A stretch of 50,473 nt of DNA from IMG/VR virus record IMGVR_UViG_3300029823_000001, positions 1-50,473 of that record. The stretch is one strand, 5' to 3'. The notes below the pieces were generated by a model. That model had not been told where the DNA came from, ran no database searches, and saw only the letters and a list, made by a program, of their open reading frames with translations. Shown here one piece after another: positions 46,721 through 50,473 of the stretch; positions within the stretch are counted from its first letter, which is position 1; each line of letters opens with the position of its first letter. A program made the translations under genes and the position numbers. The stretch comes from a virus. Lineage: Duplodnaviria > Caudoviricetes.

Positions 46721-47596
46721 ATGAAATTAGACAATAACAATATTTTTTGTTCGGTATCTTCTGGATATTCATCAGTAATGATGGCGGTAAAGATGAGAGA
46801 GTGGTATCCTGATCACAACATAATTAACGTAATGGCTAATACATCTAAAGAGCGCATAGAAAGTTTAGAATTTATGGATAAGTGCGATAAGCATTTCGGG
46901 CTAAACTTAATATGGGTTGAAGCGGAAATCAATCAAGAGGCTGGTGTAGGAACTTCATACAAGCTATGCAAGTATGAAGACTTAAAGACGAACGGGGAGA
47001 TATTTGAGGATGGTATTAAAAAATACGGGATAGCAAGTGTAGCGAATAAATGGTGCAACAGAGAGATGAAGACCGTTCCGATGAAAAAATTCGCTGACGA
47101 TATATTTGGCTCGAATAACTATTCAATTGCAATAGGAATAAGGATTGACGAGATAGACAGGGTGTCAAATAGCTATGATAGCAATAATATTTTTTATCCA
47201 TTAATCGAACATGATATAGACAATAGGGCGAGGAATAGATTTTGGGCTGACAGTCCTATAAGAATAACGATTCCAGCATTTAAGGGTAACTGTGATTTTT
47301 GTTTTGAAAAGTCAAGAAGAAAGCTGTTAACCATAATACGGGAAGATGGAGATATAGTTTCAAATTGGTGGAATGAAATGGAAAATCTATACTCGCATAT
47401 ACCAATTGATGGAAAGGATGTGTATAACGGGCTTGCCTGTAATGGAGGACACTTTTTCGGCAGAGGAAATATGCCGGTTGCAGATTTGATACAGATGGCA
47501 AAAAAACCGTTTAGAAAAGCAACTGATGAGTATATATACGAGAATGAACTGTTTGATTTTGAAAGTGATTGCGGAGTTAATTGTAGTATTTTTTGA
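46721..47596 (+). CDS. PAPS-reductase-like (adenine nucleotide alpha-hydrolase) protein
   Basis: SVSSGYSS PP-loop variant, NTSKE, CNREMK, GIRIDE, GNCDFCF, C-terminal C..C. Confidence 0.75.
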   Translation: MKLDNNNIFCSVSSGYSSVMMAVKMREWYPDHNIINVMANTSKERIESLEFMDKCDKHFGLNLIWVEAEINQEAGVGTSYKLCKYEDLKTNGEIFEDGIKKYGIASVANKWCNREMKTVPMKKFADDIFGSNNYSIAIGIRIDEIDRVSNSYDSNNIFYPLIEHDIDNRARNRFWADSPIRITIPAFKGNCDFCFEKSRRKLLTIIREDGDIVSNWWNEMENLYSHIPIDGKDVYNGLACNGGHFFGRGNMPVADLIQMAKKPFRKATDEYIYENELFDFESDCGVNCSIF

Positions 47597-47620
47597 AAAC
47601 GAACTAAAAAACGAGAAGTA

Positions 47621-48121
47621 ATGAAAGCAGAAGAAAATAAATTCAAAGGGATAAGAGTTGACAATGGCGAGTGGGTGTATGGCGATTTAGTGCATTATTT
47701 TTTTATCAAAAATGGGGAAAGGGCAGACTATGTTTCAATCGGTGTAGACCTTGACTTTTATGACGTAATTCCAGAAACAGTATGTCAATTCACAACCTTA
47801 AAAGACAAAAACGGTGTGGAAATATATAGGGATGATAAATTCCAGTACCGCAAACATAAGGGGTATTTACTTGATGACTTTATTGGGGTTGTAAAATTTA
47901 AAGACGGATGTTTTGGCTATGAAAGTAATAGGGATAGGCTGTTTACTCCATTCAGCGAATTTGACGAGCTGAAAGAGGACTTTTTGGATCATATTGAGGT
48001 GGTAGGGAATGTACATGATAAACAGCAACAGAAGCAAGCTCTCATTGATATGATGAGGGGTGATGAAGAAATCGGGTTGTATGACGATAAGATAAACAAC
48101 AATGAGCTGCATACCAATTAA
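47621..48121 (+). CDS. YopX family protein
   Basis: KFKG...NGEWVYG, QFT.LKDKNGVEIY..D, EVVGNVHD. Confidence 0.88.
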   Translation: MKAEENKFKGIRVDNGEWVYGDLVHYFFIKNGERADYVSIGVDLDFYDVIPETVCQFTTLKDKNGVEIYRDDKFQYRKHKGYLLDDFIGVVKFKDGCFGYESNRDRLFTPFSEFDELKEDFLDHIEVVGNVHDKQQQKQALIDMMRGDEEIGLYDDKINNNELHTN

Positions 48122-48362
48122 AGATGGAATCTTGTGTATTGGCGACGATTCCTTTCATTGCCCACATTGCTGGAAGGAGTATAGCGATGAAAAGTACTGC
48201 AACAGAATAAACAGGAATAAAAGCGGATATACGAGAGTATATTGCGAGTGTGGGAAATTATTTGATGTTGTAGTTGACTCATCGGGAAAACTTCACGGCG
48301 TTCTGACGCTTAAACAGGTGAGGAAATTAGCAGCGGAGATAGATAATAAATATTATGAATGA
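48102..48362 (+). CDS. Small Zn-ribbon protein
   Basis: CPHC...CECG. Confidence 0.55.
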   Translation: MSCIPIKDGILCIGDDSFHCPHCWKEYSDEKYCNRINRNKSGYTRVYCECGKLFDVVVDSSGKLHGVLTLKQVRKLAAEIDNKYYE

Positions 48363-48406
48363 TGAACAAATCGGGTTATATGACGATAATCCAAAAAATC
48401 AATAAT

Positions 48407-48715
48407 ATGAAAGCAAAAGAATATTTTAATCAGTTTTTAAACGAGAACCAAGACAAATTAATTGAATGGCGTTTAATTAATGCTTTTCGTCAAATGGTTT
48501 TAGAAGTTGAACAAATCGCAAAAATGCGAAATGCAAAATCAGGAACTGCATTAATTTCAATTTTCAAAGAAATAGAAATTAAATCACATTCGTTTATTCG
48601 CCTTGTAAATGAAACCGAACCTTTTAAAACGGAAGAAACTGTTAAATATGATGCGTTTAAATTATTTGTCGAACAATCAAGCCCAGAATTGGCTTCTGCT
48701 GTGTGGCGTTCTTAA
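48407..48715 (+). CDS. Hypothetical protein
   Basis: AT-rich ORF; start uncertain. Confidence 0.5.
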   Translation: MKAKEYFNQFLNENQDKLIEWRLINAFRQMVLEVEQIAKMRNAKSGTALISIFKEIEIKSHSFIRLVNETEPFKTEETVKYDAFKLFVEQSSPELASAVWRS

Positions 48716-48864
48716 CATTACACACAACAAGGGATTTACGAATGTTTAAAATATAATAGTCATGACAGTAAAACAGGCAATAAATGTGCTGAAAAAGCAC
48801 AACAATTGGAGACGTGGAGGACATGTAACGGTAGAGGGGTTATTTGGAAATAAAAACAGAAAAT

Positions 48865-49710
48865 ATGCAAATAACAAAACTAAAACTAACTGACATAACA
48901 GTAAAAGAACGATTAAGGGGGGTGGATTCCGAAAAGGTCGAAAGACTAAAGGAGTCCATTCTTCGTAGCGGGCTGATTAACCCCATAACTGTTTCAGGGG
49001 GTGTATTGGTTGCGGGACTGCACAGGCTGACGGCTTTCAAAGAGCTGGGATTGGAGGAAATAGACTGCCATATTATCGATGACGACGAGCTTCTTAAAAA
49101 AGAAATCGAGATCGACGAAAACCTGTACCGAAACGAACTGACTGTTTTGGAAAAGGGAAAGATGGAGGCGATGAAGAAGAAGAACGAGGAGGAGTGGATG
49201 AAACGGCAGCTTATTATCCAGTACGACACGACCTATCCCGTTGAAACCCGATACGAACTTTCCAAACTCGAAAGCATTTCGGTTGAAGCAAAGGAAAACA
49301 TCAAGGGGTCTGTTCTGGAAAACGATAAGACGTTCCTGATGGGGTTGGCTGAACTTTCAAAGGATAATCAGGTAAGCATAACAAGGGATTTGGCTACAAA
49401 GATAATTCCAGACGTGCAGCAACTCGTGGAGAGGCATACCGTAAAGGAAAAATACCCGGACAAGGACAGGAACCAGATAAAGTTTCAAACCGACGACGAA
49501 CACATGGAGATGGCGCAGAAGTTTATTAAAATGTACCGCTGGAGGTCTGTACCGGACTTGGTGAGAAAGCTGTTTGAATCGTATCTGAATGCGTTCTTCC
49601 GTGAAGATAAGGAGCCGTCCGATGATGAAATATTGGATATGTTCGATGGTTTAAGCGGAAACATTTCAAGGGAAGAATATCAATCAGTCGAGACAGGAAG
49701 ACACATATAG
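48865..49710 (+). CDS. ParB/Srx N-terminal domain protein with possible C-terminal ribbon-helix-helix
   Basis: LKESI...GLINPI.V...LVAGLHRL.A, EIDENLYRNELT; C-terminal QIKFQTDDE...SVPDLVRKLFESYL. Confidence 0.8.
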   Translation: MQITKLKLTDITVKERLRGVDSEKVERLKESILRSGLINPITVSGGVLVAGLHRLTAFKELGLEEIDCHIIDDDELLKKEIEIDENLYRNELTVLEKGKMEAMKKKNEEEWMKRQLIIQYDTTYPVETRYELSKLESISVEAKENIKGSVLENDKTFLMGLAELSKDNQVSITRDLATKIIPDVQQLVERHTVKEKYPDKDRNQIKFQTDDEHMEMAQKFIKMYRWRSVPDLVRKLFESYLNAFFREDKEPSDDEILDMFDGLSGNISREEYQSVETGRHI

Positions 49711-49810
49711 GGGGTATGATTTTAATGTAGAATAGGGGGTATGGTTTTTAACAGAACTATCCCCCTATGATTTTTAACGGAACTATGGGGGATGGATTTT
49801 AACTGGAACT
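49707..49810. repeat. Four ~26-bp degenerate direct repeats
   Basis: AT(A)GGGGG(T)ATG(A/G)TTTTTAAC.GAACT units; copy 3 has CCCCC in place of GGGGG. Confidence 0.8.
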
Positions 49811-49816
49811 ATTTGT

Positions 49817-50059
49817 ATGGAAAATAATTGCAACTTTTTAAAGCAATACGTTGACAGGTTTATAAGTGAAAACTATATAAGGGTGACGGTAGAGGCAAGG
49901 AAAACTGAGCTTGTAACAAAGAGCAAAAAGGAAAATGAATTGAGGGCATGTAGCAGTGTTGACATAGTCCATGATATGCTTTTATCATTATATGAAACAA
50001 AAGAAACATTTAACGATTACTGCTCATTTGAAAAGTGGGCGATGAAAAAATTTATATAA
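49817..50059 (+). CDS. Hypothetical protein, weakly sigma region-2-like
   Basis: DIVHDMLLSLYE...F..W pattern. Confidence 0.45.
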   Translation: MENNCNFLKQYVDRFISENYIRVTVEARKTELVTKSKKENELRACSSVDIVHDMLLSLYETKETFNDYCSFEKWAMKKFI

Positions 50060-50072
50060 AGGGAGAAAAGGA

Positions 50073-50273
50073 ATGGATGAGTTAATTGATTTTATAAAGA
50101 AATTGGAGGACGATGGTGCTATAGTGGTTTGTGGGCACATGCAAGGCAAAGAATTTGTTTCGATAGACATTAAGGCTTATAAGAGTAGTGAAGCGTTTGA
50201 CAAGATCAACGAGTATATCGATGGTAAGAAGCGAGGGATTGACGAATACTTGCAATCACGAAAAATCACATAA
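50073..50273 (+). CDS. Hypothetical protein
   Basis: 66-aa ORF. Confidence 0.5.
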   Translation: MDELIDFIKKLEDDGAIVVCGHMQGKEFVSIDIKAYKSSEAFDKINEYIDGKKRGIDEYLQSRKIT

Positions 50274-50355
50274 TCACGGGCTCGAAAATCACATAATCAC
50301 GGGGTCAAAAATCCGAATACTCACGAGGGTGATTTTTCATATACTCACGGGGTCG
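50262..50355. repeat. Four 23-24-bp degenerate direct repeats
   Basis: AAAATCACATAATCACGGG.TC twice, then two copies with core ATACTCACG(A/G)GG. Confidence 0.8.
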
Positions 50356-50473
50356 GTTTTCACTCTTCCCGTGTAGTCGATTTTCGGTTTTCGGATGCCG
50401 GGTGGTGAAAATCGGTGCACTACACCCTACTCCGCTGGGCACACATCCGGCTTGAATCGTTACCGTATAATCA

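Noticed and set aside
49707-50355. Repeat arrays as possible CRISPR arrays
   Set aside because: Units are adjacent and degenerate with no unique 25-40 nt spacers; no cas genes.
1-50473. Terminal redundancy or proof of a complete circular genome
   Set aside because: Only ATCA (4 nt) is shared between the two ends, which is not significant; completeness is inferred from gene content only.

Overview
The window looks like most or all of a ~50 kb siphovirus genome from a Bacteroidota host. Host evidence is the TTTG-N20-TAnnTTTG promoters, a DUF4494-like gene and the scarcity of Shine-Dalgarno motifs. Gene order is: terminases, portal, two glycosyltransferase-like genes, HK97-type protease and capsid, connectors, tail tube, tape measure, tail and fibre genes, a diversity-generating retroelement (target, avd, TR, RT), a second fibre gene, a tnpB-only IS200/IS605 element, lysis genes, a metallophosphoesterase, a control region, a tRNA cluster and an early recombination/replication region. 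No integrase and no intact repressor are visible. The most striking observation is that the DGR template repeat is itself mutated at positions that should be template adenines: 10 of 18 TR/VR mismatches have a non-A base in TR. Other highlights are a phage-specific late-promoter motif with exactly conserved spacing at three sites, glycosyltransferases inside the head module, a tRNA-like RNA with an expanded central domain, and a repressor deletion scar. All product calls come from motif recognition by eye; no database searches were run.
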